Of a stretch of 64,000 nucleotides of DNA, positions 22,357 to 30,852 are shown one piece after another. The notes under the pieces were generated by a model. The model was given only the letters and a program-made list of their open reading frames with translations, ran no database searches and was not told the origin of the DNA. The stretch comes from Myxococcales bacterium (GTDB lineage Bacteria; Myxococcota_A; Polyangia; Polyangiales; Houyiibacteriaceae), in assembly GCA_024640845.1 (NCBI GenBank), contig JAHEEE010000003.1:26257-90256 (forward strand), written 5' to 3'. A program made the position numbers and the translations under genes. Position 1 is the stretch's first letter; each line of letters begins with the position of its first letter.

Positions 22357-23652
22357 CTATTTCCAGGGATCCAGAATCGTGGAGCTACCCTCGGGCGTGG
22401 ACTTCTTGGGCGCCGCCCGCTTGCGCCGAGCCGACCGTCTCCGTGAAGGCTCGGCTTTGTCTCCGCGCTCCTCTACCGTGGAGGCGACCTTCGATTCCGG
22501 CGCCTCGGCGACGGCGGGCTCCGCCGGCTCGGGCGCCGACGGGAGGTCGGTCGTCGCAATCAGTCCGGTGGGCTCCTGCCTCTTCGAACGATCCTCGAGG
22601 GCGTCTATGGCGAGGGTGCCCGCCAAGGCGATGAGCGCTGCGGCGAGCCCGCCGAGATATATCGGAGAAACCCGCGGGCGTGGAGGCTCGGGCGGTCGTG
22701 TCGGAGTGAGCGTGACCGCTTCGGGTCCGACCGGCCGTTTTCCAGACTGGACGCGGGCGAGGTCAGCTTCGAGCTCGCGCATGGTCTGGTAGCGCCGCTC
22801 CGGCCGTTTTTCGAGGCACCGCAGGATGACCTGCTCGAGCTCTCCGGACACCTGCGGCACCCTGATCTTGGGTGGGATCGGATCCTCGTAGAGATGCTTG
22901 GTGAGAATGCCCATCATGGTGTCGGCGTCGTGGGGGACGTGCCCCGTGAGCATCTCGTAAAGCAGGACGCCAAGGGCGTAGATGTCCGTGCGATGGTCGA
23001 CGTCCTCGCCTTCGCACTGCTCTGGTGACATGTAGTGGGGTGTCCCGAGGACCTCGCCCTTGCGTGTCAGACGCGTTGGGCCGTTGGCAACCTTCGCGAT
23101 GCCAAAATCCAGAACCTTCACGAAGTCGCTGATGCCTTCCCGCGACGTGAGAAAGACGTTCTCAGGCTTGAGGTCGCGGTGCACGATACCCGCGTCGTGC
23201 GCCGCGCCGAGTGCCTTGCAAATCTGGGTCGCGATGTGTAGCGCCCGGCCCTCGGGCATGCGCTTTGCAAGGTCCATCGCCTCGATCAGGTCCATGCCTT
23301 CGAGGCACTCCATGACGAAGTACGTCGACCCATCGCGAAGTACGCCGAAGTCGTTGATGTCGACGATATGCTGGTTGCCGATCGCCGATGCGCTCTCCGC
23401 TTCTCGTCGGAAGCGCGCGAGCACCTCCTCGTCGTGGGTATTCTCGCGGCGGAGAACCTTGATCGCCAGTGGCTTGTTGAGGTGTGTGTGCGTCACGCGG
23501 TAGACCAGCCCCATGCCGCCCTCGCCGAGTAAGGACTCGACCCGGTAACGTGCATCGATGATCTCCCCGATCAGCCCGGGGGGAGATTGCGACACCCCGG
23601 ATTCAGGCCCGCTCGCCTGTCCGTCGTCAAACCCTCTCGTGTCGATCGGCAT
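22357..23652 (-). CDS. Ser/Thr protein kinase with one C-terminal TM helix and a basic tail
   Basis: Motifs GEGGMGLVYR, AIKVL, HRDLKPEN and DFGIAK, with a TM helix PIYLGGLAAALIALAGTLAI. I preferred the start at 23652 (GGTGGGA lies 5 nt upstream). The track ORF reaches 23712 and would overlap the ppdK stop. Confidence 0.9.
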   Translation of the reverse strand: MPIDTRGFDDGQASGPESGVSQSPPGLIGEIIDARYRVESLLGEGGMGLVYRVTHTHLNKPLAIKVLRRENTHDEEVLARFRREAESASAIGNQHIVDINDFGVLRDGSTYFVMECLEGMDLIEAMDLAKRMPEGRALHIATQICKALGAAHDAGIVHRDLKPENVFLTSREGISDFVKVLDFGIAKVANGPTRLTRKGEVLGTPHYMSPEQCEGEDVDHRTDIYALGVLLYEMLTGHVPHDADTMMGILTKHLYEDPIPPKIRVPQVSGELEQVILRCLEKRPERRYQTMRELEADLARVQSGKRPVGPEAVTLTPTRPPEPPRPRVSPIYLGGLAAALIALAGTLAIDALEDRSKRQEPTGLIATTDLPSAPEPAEPAVAEAPESKVASTVEERGDKAEPSRRRSARRKRAAPKKSTPEGSSTILDPWK

Positions 23653-23705
23653 ACAGTCCCACCGCAATCTTCCAGCATTAGACATTCCAACACGGCGGCG
23701 AGGTT

Positions 23706-26387
23706 TCAGCAACCGGAATTTTGGCGGATTCGTGCCTGCGCGGCTGCGAGTCGGGCTCCTGGAAGCTGCGAAAGCGGTGCGCAGACGAAATCAAGGCCTA
23801 AGCGCTCACAGGCCTCGATCGAGTCGGGGCTGCCCCCATGGTCCCCGCAGAGGCCCGCGAGGAGGCCCGGTCGGAGCCCTCTCGCACGCTCGAGGGCGAT
23901 GCGGATCAGCTCGATCACCTGGGGATCGAGGACGGTGAACGGATCCGAAGCGATGAGCCCGAGCTCGTTGCGGTAGCCGGGAAGGAAGCGGTTGGCGTCG
24001 TCTCTGCTCGCGCCTAGCACTGTCTGGGTCAAGTCATTGCCCCCGAAGGAAAAGAAGTCGGTGTGCTGCGCGAGCTCGTCCGCGATGAGACATGCGCGGG
24101 GTAGCTCCATCATCGTCCCGAAGCGGCACTTGAATAGCGTGGTCGGTCGCTTGAAGACCTGCGCCTGCGCGCGGTCGAGGACCGCACGGAGGGCCACGAC
24201 TTCAGAGGTGAACGCGACCATCGGAACCAGCACTTCGAGTGTGACGGCAGTCCGTCGTTCAGTGCAGCGATGCGCGGCGCGGAGCATCGCGCGCAACTGC
24301 ATGTCGTAGAGACCGGGGACGGTCAGTCCAGCACGAACGCCGCGGTGCCCGAACGCAGGGTTCGATTCGCGATGGCGCGCGGCCGCTTGGGCGACCTCCT
24401 CGATCTCGCGGTCGAGCGCATCGGCGATCGCGCGAAGCGACCGCTCGTCTTCCGGCATCAACTCCTGTAGCGCGCGGTCGAGCAAGCGAATCGTAACCGG
24501 GCGGCCGTTCATCGCCTCGAAGATCTCGACGAAGTCGTCACATTGGGCGCGTTCGAGCTCGCCGAGCCAATGGCTTCGCTGCTCTGCTTCGACCGCGAGC
24601 AGTGCGCACTGCATCGCAAAGAGACGATCGGGAGCGAAGAACATCCGCTCCGTTCGGCAGAGGCCCACGCCTTCAGCTCCGTAGCTCAGCGCAGCGCGGG
24701 CCGCTTGAGGTGTGTCGGCCTCGGCGTAGACCCGCATGCGACGTGTTTCGTCAGCCCACGCCATGAGCTCGGCAAGCTCGTCCACCGTCGCGGAGGCCAC
24801 GAGATCGAGCGCTCCCGCGTAGACCTTGCCAGTTGAGCCGTCGAGGGTGAGCAGGTCGCCCTCTTGGAGAGGTTCCGCCCGGTCGCTGAGGTGCACGGTG
24901 CGACGCTCGAAGTCGATCCGGAGGCCGCCGCAACCGACCACGCAGCACTTGCCGAGACCGCGGGCGACGACCGCTGCGTGCGAGGTCATCCCACCGGCCG
25001 AGGTGAAGACCCCCTTGGCGACCTTCATTCCATGGATGTCTTCCGCGCTCGTCTCCTGGCGGACCAAGATCACATCTTTGCCCTCTGCTGCCGACCGCAC
25101 GGCCTCATCCGCGTCGAACACGATGCGGCCCGATGCGGCCCCTGGACTTGCCGGCAGGCCGGTTGCAGCCGGAACAACCCCGCGCGAAGCGAGCTCGCGC
25201 TCGCTCGGCAGCCGCGCCTGCAGGAGTTGTTCGAGCGAGCTGGCGTCGACCCGAACGAGTGCTTGTTCCTTCGAGAGGACCTGTTCCCGCACCATGTCGA
25301 CAGCGATCCGCACCGCAGCACGCGCCGTACGTTTCGCTACGCGAGTCTGCAGGATGTACGCCGTGCCGTCCTCGATGGTGAACTCGATGTCCTGCATGTC
25401 GCCGAAGTGCCGCTCGAGCGCCTCACAGTATCCGGACACCGCGGCGAACGCCTCGGGCGACGATTGCTCGAGGCTCGTCGCCTCCTTGCCAGGTGCGGTC
25501 GCGCTCGCCGTCAATGGCACAGGCGTCTGAAGCCCGGCCACGACGTCCTCCCCTTGCGCGTTCGGCAAGTACTCTCCGTAAAGATGCTTGTCTCCATTGG
25601 ACGGGTTGCGCGTGAACACGACCCCGGAACCGCTCGTCATGCCCGTGTTGCCGAACACCATCGCTTGGATGGTACATGCAGTGCCGATGGCTTCCTCGAT
25701 GCCCTGCATTCGTCGGTAGCGGACCGCGCGGGCGTTGCCCCACGATTTGAATACTGCCGCGATCGAATCCCAGAGCTGCGTGTCGGGATCTTGTGGAAAG
25801 GGGGAGCCGGACGCTTCTTCGGTCAGCGACAGATAGGCTGCCACGAGCTCCTGCATCGACTCGATACTGAGCTCGGAATCTGGCATCCGTGGACGACCAA
25901 GCTTGGTCTTGAGCGCTGTGAGTCGAAACTGGAAGCGGTCGATGCCGATGTTCCTGACGACGGTTGCATACATCTGAATGAGTCGACGGTATGCGTCGAG
26001 CGCGAACCACTCGTTGCCGTGTCTCGACGCGAGGCCTCCAAGGGTGCTGTCGTTGAGCCCGACGTTGAGGATCGTATCCATCATGCCTGGCATCGAAACC
26101 TGCGCCCCGGAGCGGACCGAGATCAGCAGCGGGTTCGCGCGATCGCCGAAACGGCGTCCGAGGCGCTGTTCGATTTGCTCGAGCGCGCAGTCGAGCTCGG
26201 GAGCGAGCGTGTCGGGCCACTTGCCGGTTTTTCGGAACTCAGCGCCGACCTCCGTCGTGATCGTAAACCCCGGGGGGACCGGAATGCCGAGAGCCACCAT
26301 TTCATGGAGGCCGGCCGCCTTCGTTCCGAGGAGTCGCAACCGGAGGTCCCGGTCGAGCGCAGCGTCAAGCGGATAAAGAAGGGTCAC
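23706..26387 (-). CDS. ppdK: pyruvate, phosphate dikinase
   Basis: Phosphohistidine motif GGMTSHAAVVARG, and N-terminal LLGTKAAGLHEM. The GTG at 26387 is proposed as the start because the track ORF's first 35 codons run deep into glyS. Confidence 0.92.
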   Translation of the reverse strand: MTLLYPLDAALDRDLRLRLLGTKAAGLHEMVALGIPVPPGFTITTEVGAEFRKTGKWPDTLAPELDCALEQIEQRLGRRFGDRANPLLISVRSGAQVSMPGMMDTILNVGLNDSTLGGLASRHGNEWFALDAYRRLIQMYATVVRNIGIDRFQFRLTALKTKLGRPRMPDSELSIESMQELVAAYLSLTEEASGSPFPQDPDTQLWDSIAAVFKSWGNARAVRYRRMQGIEEAIGTACTIQAMVFGNTGMTSGSGVVFTRNPSNGDKHLYGEYLPNAQGEDVVAGLQTPVPLTASATAPGKEATSLEQSSPEAFAAVSGYCEALERHFGDMQDIEFTIEDGTAYILQTRVAKRTARAAVRIAVDMVREQVLSKEQALVRVDASSLEQLLQARLPSERELASRGVVPAATGLPASPGAASGRIVFDADEAVRSAAEGKDVILVRQETSAEDIHGMKVAKGVFTSAGGMTSHAAVVARGLGKCCVVGCGGLRIDFERRTVHLSDRAEPLQEGDLLTLDGSTGKVYAGALDLVASATVDELAELMAWADETRRMRVYAEADTPQAARAALSYGAEGVGLCRTERMFFAPDRLFAMQCALLAVEAEQRSHWLGELERAQCDDFVEIFEAMNGRPVTIRLLDRALQELMPEDERSLRAIADALDREIEEVAQAAARHRESNPAFGHRGVRAGLTVPGLYDMQLRAMLRAAHRCTERRTAVTLEVLVPMVAFTSEVVALRAVLDRAQAQVFKRPTTLFKCRFGTMMELPRACLIADELAQHTDFFSFGGNDLTQTVLGASRDDANRFLPGYRNELGLIASDPFTVLDPQVIELIRIALERARGLRPGLLAGLCGDHGGSPDSIEACERLGLDFVCAPLSQLPGARLAAAQARIRQNSGC

Positions 26388-28473
26388 GGCTTTGCAACCT
26401 GGTCCCAAGCTGGTGGAAGTGCGCAATACCGCTGACCGTGTCTGCGATTTCACCGAGCAAACGAAGCCGGTTCTCGCGCACCTTGATGTCATCGACCATG
26501 ACGAAGACCTCGTCGAAGAAGCGATCGATGGGCGCCCCTAGCTCCTTTGCGACGAGCTTGAGGGCGTCGGCGTAGCGTCGCTGACCCGTTGCCTCGCGGA
26601 TCTGATCGCGCACCGTGCCAAAGCGCTCCGCGAGTGCGCTCTCCGCCCCATCTTCGAGGAGTCCGGGTTCGACGTCGCCTCGCGCGGCGTCTTTCGTGAT
26701 GTTGAACGCACGCTTGAATGCGATCGCGAGCGCTTCGAATTCGGGAGCCTCTCGAAGCTCGGACACGGCCTCGATGCGCGCCCGCAGATCATGGACCGAG
26801 GTTCCGTCCCATGCGCCGAGGCAGGCGTCGACGACGTCCGCTCCATATGAATCTTTTAGCATCGCGCGAATGCGACCACGGAAGAAATCATCCAGGGCGG
26901 CGCCGACTTCGTCCGCGGGCCGGAGCTCGGCGTCGCCAGAATACGCGCCGTGGGCCCCCGCGACCAGAGCATGGAGGTCGACGTCGAGCGGGCCCTCGAG
27001 GGCGATACGAAGGATGCCGAGTGCGGCACGTCGAAGCGCGAATGGATCGGCAGACCCACTCGGAACCAGACCAATGCCGAAACACCCGACCAAAGTGTCG
27101 ATGCGGTCGGCGACGGCCGTGACGGCGCTCACGAGCTGGTCGGGCACGCTGTCATCTGCGCCTTGCGGCCGGTAGTGATCACGAATGGCGTCCGCGACGG
27201 CCGGCTCGATGCCCTCCCGGAGCGCATACCATCGGCCCATCTCCCCTTGAAGCTCGGGAAATTCGTACACGATCAGGGTCTCGAGATCGGCTTTGCAAAT
27301 GCGCGCAGCTGCTTTGCAGGCCGCCGGGTCGGCGCCAGCTCGCTCGGCAATGGCGGTGGCGTTCGTCTCGAGGCGGCGAACCTTGGCTCCCATCGTCCCT
27401 AGCTTCGATTGGAAGACCACGGACTCGAGTTTCTGCAATCGGTCGGCGAGCGGTGCCTTCAGGTCCTCCTCGACGAAGAAGCGGGCGTCCGCGAGCCGGG
27501 CACGGAGGACGCGGTCGTTGCCTGTGGCGATGGTCTCCGGGTCACGGGCGGTGTTGACTACGTTCAGGTAGGACGGGAGCAGGACGCCGCCCTCGGAGGC
27601 GCGAACGGCGAAGTACCGCTGGTGGTCGCGCATGACCGAGATGACGACTTCATCTGGCAGTTCCAAGAAGGCCTCATCGAACCGGCCGGGAACCACGAAA
27701 GGCTCTTCGACCAAAGACACGCACTCGTCCGCAAGAAACGCGTCCGGCTGGAGGACCCCGCCGAGCTCCTTCGCGACCCGCAGTAGCTCGCTCATCATAA
27801 GCGCCTTGCGGCGCTCGATGTCCACGATCACGTGTGCGTCCTCGAGCGCCCTTTCGTAGTTGCGCGCATCGTCGATCTCGAACGTCGCGGGCGCGAGAAA
27901 ACGGTGACCGCGTGTGCTGCGCCCGGCACGGATATTGGCAAACTCGAAATCCACGACGTCGCGGTCGAGCAAGGACACGATCCAGTGAATTGGTCTGCCG
28001 AAGGCAATCTCACCAGGGCCCCAACGCATCGACTTGGGAAACGTGATCCGTTCGCAAAGTTGCGGCAGCAGCTCGCCGAGAACATCGGCGAGCGGCTTGC
28101 CGTCTTCGTGGACCTCGACGCTGACGTACTCGCCCTTCTCCGTGGTCTGCTTGCGGAGCGCGCTGGCGTCGACACCATGCTTCTTCGCGAAGCCGACGGC
28201 CGCCTTTTTCGGGCTGCCGTCCGCTTCGAACGCTGCGCTCCAAGGGGGGCCCATGACCGTCTCATTCCGGTCAGGTTGGGCTTCAGCGAGCCCGCGAATG
28301 CGAAGCGCGAGGCGCCGAGGCGTTCCCATCGGTTCCACGGAAAGCGCGTCCGTGCCGAGTCGAGCCTGAGCGATCAGCTCGACCGCGCTCCGGTGCATCG
28401 AGCCGAGTGCGTGCCGCACGAATGAGGACGGTAGCTCCTCGGTCCCGATTTCCAGTAAAAACTCGGCGGACAT
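26365..28473 (-). CDS. glyS: glycine--tRNA ligase beta subunit
   Basis: The protein starts MSAEFLLEIGTEELP. 702 aa, immediately downstream of glyQ. Confidence 0.95.
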   Translation of the reverse strand: MSAEFLLEIGTEELPSSFVRHALGSMHRSAVELIAQARLGTDALSVEPMGTPRRLALRIRGLAEAQPDRNETVMGPPWSAAFEADGSPKKAAVGFAKKHGVDASALRKQTTEKGEYVSVEVHEDGKPLADVLGELLPQLCERITFPKSMRWGPGEIAFGRPIHWIVSLLDRDVVDFEFANIRAGRSTRGHRFLAPATFEIDDARNYERALEDAHVIVDIERRKALMMSELLRVAKELGGVLQPDAFLADECVSLVEEPFVVPGRFDEAFLELPDEVVISVMRDHQRYFAVRASEGGVLLPSYLNVVNTARDPETIATGNDRVLRARLADARFFVEEDLKAPLADRLQKLESVVFQSKLGTMGAKVRRLETNATAIAERAGADPAACKAAARICKADLETLIVYEFPELQGEMGRWYALREGIEPAVADAIRDHYRPQGADDSVPDQLVSAVTAVADRIDTLVGCFGIGLVPSGSADPFALRRAALGILRIALEGPLDVDLHALVAGAHGAYSGDAELRPADEVGAALDDFFRGRIRAMLKDSYGADVVDACLGAWDGTSVHDLRARIEAVSELREAPEFEALAIAFKRAFNITKDAARGDVEPGLLEDGAESALAERFGTVRDQIREATGQRRYADALKLVAKELGAPIDRFFDEVFVMVDDIKVRENRLRLLGEIADTVSGIAHFHQLGTRLQSRDPSLSA

Positions 28474-28532
28474 GAAGTGGCGTTGCTACCAGACCGGATC
28501 CGGGGACGCAATGAGGCAGGGCCCAAAACCGC

Positions 28533-29471
28533 TCATTGGGCGGCCGCTGCGCTCTGCAACAAGGGAAAGCCGAGGGCCTCACGCTGGGCGTACCAGGATT
28601 CGGCGACCGCGCGGGCGATGAGCCTCACTCGGCCGATGTAGCGCTGTCGCTCGGTCACGCTGATCGCGCCGCGGGCGTCGAGCACGTTGAAGTAGTGGCT
28701 GCACTTGATGACCGCGTCGTAGGCGGGCAGCACCAAGCGCTGCAGGGGCTCGCGATCGAAGCGGAGCGCCCCGCCCTTCCCACGCTTGTCACTGAGGCCC
28801 AATAGTTTCGCAACCTGCGTCTCATATTCCTCGAACAGCTCTTTTTGCAGGCGGGTGTCGGCTTGCTCGAAGTTGTACGTGCTCCACTCCCATTCGGCTC
28901 TCTTGTAGAGGTCGCCGTACCGGATTCCGGGAGCCCACTCGAGCTCATACACATCGTCGACGTCTTGCAAGTACATCGCGATGCGCTCGAGCCCGTAGGT
29001 GAGCTCGCCGCTGATCGGCTTGCAGTCGATCCCGCCGCATTGTTGGAAGTAGGTGAACTGGCTGATCTCCAGACCGTCGAGCCACACCTGCCATCCGAGG
29101 CCCCACGCCCCAAGCGTCGGCGATTCCCAATCATCCTCGATGAAGCGGATATCGTGGCGGCTCGGGTCCGTACCGAGAGCGCGGAGCGACTCGAGGTAGA
29201 GCTCCTGAATATCGAGCGGCGAGGGCTTGAGGATCACCTGATACTGGTGGAACTGCTGAAGGCGGTTCGGGTTTTCGCCGTATCGCCCATCGGTAGGTCG
29301 GCGGCTCGGTTCGACGTAGGCGACGTTCCACGGCTCGGGCCCGATCGCACGCAGGAAGGTGTGCGGATTGAACGTGCCAGCGCCGACCTCCGAATTGTAC
29401 GGTTGCACGATCAAGCAACCGCGCTCTGCCCAAAAGCGCTCGAGTGCGAGGATGAGCTCTTGAAAGGTCAT
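28533..29471 (-). CDS. glyQ: glycine--tRNA ligase alpha subunit
   Basis: The protein starts [14 protein letters not shown] and contains [23 protein letters not shown]. 312 aa. Confidence 0.96.
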   Translation of the reverse strand: MTFQELILALERFWAERGCLIVQPYNSEVGAGTFNPHTFLRAIGPEPWNVAYVEPSRRPTDGRYGENPNRLQQFHQYQVILKPSPLDIQELYLESLRALGTDPSRHDIRFIEDDWESPTLGAWGLGWQVWLDGLEISQFTYFQQCGGIDCKPISGELTYGLERIAMYLQDVDDVYELEWAPGIRYGDLYKRAEWEWSTYNFEQADTRLQKELFEEYETQVAKLLGLSDKRGKGGALRFDREPLQRLVLPAYDAVIKCSHYFNVLDARGAISVTERQRYIGRVRLIARAVAESWYAQREALGFPLLQSAAAAQ

Positions 29472-29710
29472 GGGCGTGCTTTAGCAGAACCTCAGCACCA
29501 CGCCCGGGCGTCGCGGTGCACACGGGGCTCGGAAAAACACGACACGGGGTTTCACGGGACGGGCGGCCTGCAGATGCGGCCTCGTAGGACTGGGTAGGTC
29601 AGGCCGCGCACGCCGCCCTCGGACGGCGCGCCAATCGCGGTCGTTGCTGTCTTGCGATTGGCACTTCGTACGCCCGCTCCAACCCCTATCGCGTTTTTCC
29701 GAGCCCCTTA
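29472..29710 (-). promoter_or_regulatory. structured 5' leader of glyQS (candidate cis-regulatory RNA; class not recognised)
   Basis: A 27-bp helix forms between plus 29681-29707 and 29524-29551, enclosing about 130 nt that contain three hairpins. Two mutually exclusive hairpins lie next to the start codon (29495-29519 and 29476-29498). No credible ORF in the region. Confidence 0.55.
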
Positions 29711-29780
29711 TGGACGACTCTTTGCGAAAGATGGGCTGCGACGGTGTGTGCACGCGGAAGACCCAGTTCAGAAGACAAGC

Positions 29781-29895
29781 GCGGCAGCGCGAGCCGGAAC
29801 GGCGAAGCCCGGCGCGAAGCGCCGCCAAGGCCCGGCGAAGCCAGGGCCGCGGAGGGAGGATTACGCGGTGGGGGTGGGCGGGTGGATGTGACTAA
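29781..29895 (+). repeat. 115-bp intergenic element, copy A (G-rich strand on +)
   Basis: A hand alignment to the reverse complement of 62963-63077 gives about 98 identities over about 117 columns. This includes an identical 19-mer GGTGGGGGTGGGCGGGTGG (29867-29885). It also contains GAA-triloop hairpins at 29811-29823 and 29829-29848. Confidence 0.8.
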
Positions 29896-29946
29896 ACCAA
29901 ACAGACGCCGAAGGCGTCCGGGCGGGTGGATGTTATTAAACCAAAC
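29876..29946. repeat. two 27-bp direct repeats flanking a GACGCC-GAA-GGCGTC hairpin
   Basis: GGGCGGGTGGATGTGACTAAACCAAAC (29876-29902) and GGGCGGGTGGATGTTATTAAACCAAAC (29920-29946) match at 24 of 27 positions. The hairpin lies at 29904-29918. Confidence 0.8.
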
Positions 29947-29979
29947 CACGCCGCCAGTCCTCACCACCGCCGAAGCCAG

Positions 29980-30852
29980 CTATTGCTCGTCGTCCTCGTC
30001 GTCCTCGTCCCAGTCCTCGTCGTCCCAGTCCTCGTCCTCGTCCTCGTTAGCATCAACATCAGTGCGAGCGACCGTATCAGCGTCGGCGTCAGCGCCAGCA
30101 TCATCTTCCTCTTGGGCGTACGCGGCCTCCACAGCCGCAATGGCGGCCTCCTCTTGCGCGAGCAGCTCCTGTTCGGCCTCTTCCATGGCTTCGGCCGCTG
30201 CGAGCTCTGCAGAGGCGATGTCGATCGATTCGCCGATCTTGCGTTCGAAGAGTGCTTTGTGCTCGTCGGTGAGGTCGCTGAACTCCTGGAGCGTCGGCAG
30301 GTCCCCGAGGCTGCCCAAGCCGAAGAACTCGAGGAACTGGGGCGTCGTGCCATAGACGAGCGGGCGGCCGGGCTCGTCCTTGCGTCCTAGGATCTTCACG
30401 AGACCTCGGTCGGTCAGCACCTTGAGCGAAGAGCCGGAATCGACCCCTCGCACATCGTCGACCTCCGGCCGCGTGATCGGCTGGCGGTACGCCACGATTG
30501 CGAGCGTTTCGAGCTGCGCGCGAGTGAGACGAATCGGCTTTGGCGCGACGAGCGTCTTTACGAAGTCGGCCGTCTCCCGCGCCGAGCGAAACTGGTAGCC
30601 GCCTGCGACGAAATAGAGGTGGACGCCTCGGTGTTGGTAGTCGGACACGAGCTCGTCGAGCAGCGGTTGGACTTCGGCGATCGTAGCCCGCGCCGCGCGC
30701 GCAAGTCGCTTTGCGCTCACCGGTCCATCGGACACGAAGATCAAGCTCTCGAGCACGTTCTTCAGGGCTTCACCGCTGGGCGCGATGGGCGCTCCGGCGC
30801 CGTTCTCGGCAACGTCGTTGGTCTGGGCTTCTGCTTGGATCATGGTGCTCAC
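29980..30852 (-). CDS. scpB: segregation and condensation protein B, with a polyacidic C-terminal tail
   Basis: Winged-helix pair region (LESLIFVSDGPVS..., TRAQLETLAIVAYRQPITRPEVDDVRGV), with scpA immediately upstream. The tail is DEDEDWDDEDWDEDDEDDEQ. Confidence 0.9.
   Translation of the reverse strand: MSTMIQAEAQTNDVAENGAGAPIAPSGEALKNVLESLIFVSDGPVSAKRLARAARATIAEVQPLLDELVSDYQHRGVHLYFVAGGYQFRSARETADFVKTLVAPKPIRLTRAQLETLAIVAYRQPITRPEVDDVRGVDSGSSLKVLTDRGLVKILGRKDEPGRPLVYGTTPQFLEFFGLGSLGDLPTLQEFSDLTDEHKALFERKIGESIDIASAELAAAEAMEEAEQELLAQEEAAIAAVEAAYAQEEDDAGADADADTVARTDVDANEDEDEDWDDEDWDEDDEDDEQ

Noticed and set aside
29472-29710. T-box riboswitch upstream of glyQS.
   Set aside because: I found no AANNNGGGUGGUACCGCG-type T-box sequence. 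The nearest match, GGGCGUGGUGC, has an extra base and a UGGU rather than the UGGA expected for tRNA-Gly. There is no recognisable Stem I specifier loop or GA motif. A long closing helix is not a T-box feature. A covariance-model search is still needed.
29652-29891. ORFs running through the repeated element (29652..29891 +, 29744..30355 + and 62824..63183 -), which share ...REDY..G.G.. peptides.
   Set aside because: The two element copies differ by 1-nt indels that shift the frame (REDYAVGVGGWM* versus REDYGWGWAGGV...). Conservation is therefore at the nucleotide level. The translations are otherwise Arg/Pro/Gly junk.
29781-29946. Retron msr/msd or another RT-associated repeat, or a CRISPR-like array.
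   Set aside because: There is no reverse transcriptase, cas gene or integrase nearby. Only two short direct repeats are present, and there is no regular repeat-spacer architecture.
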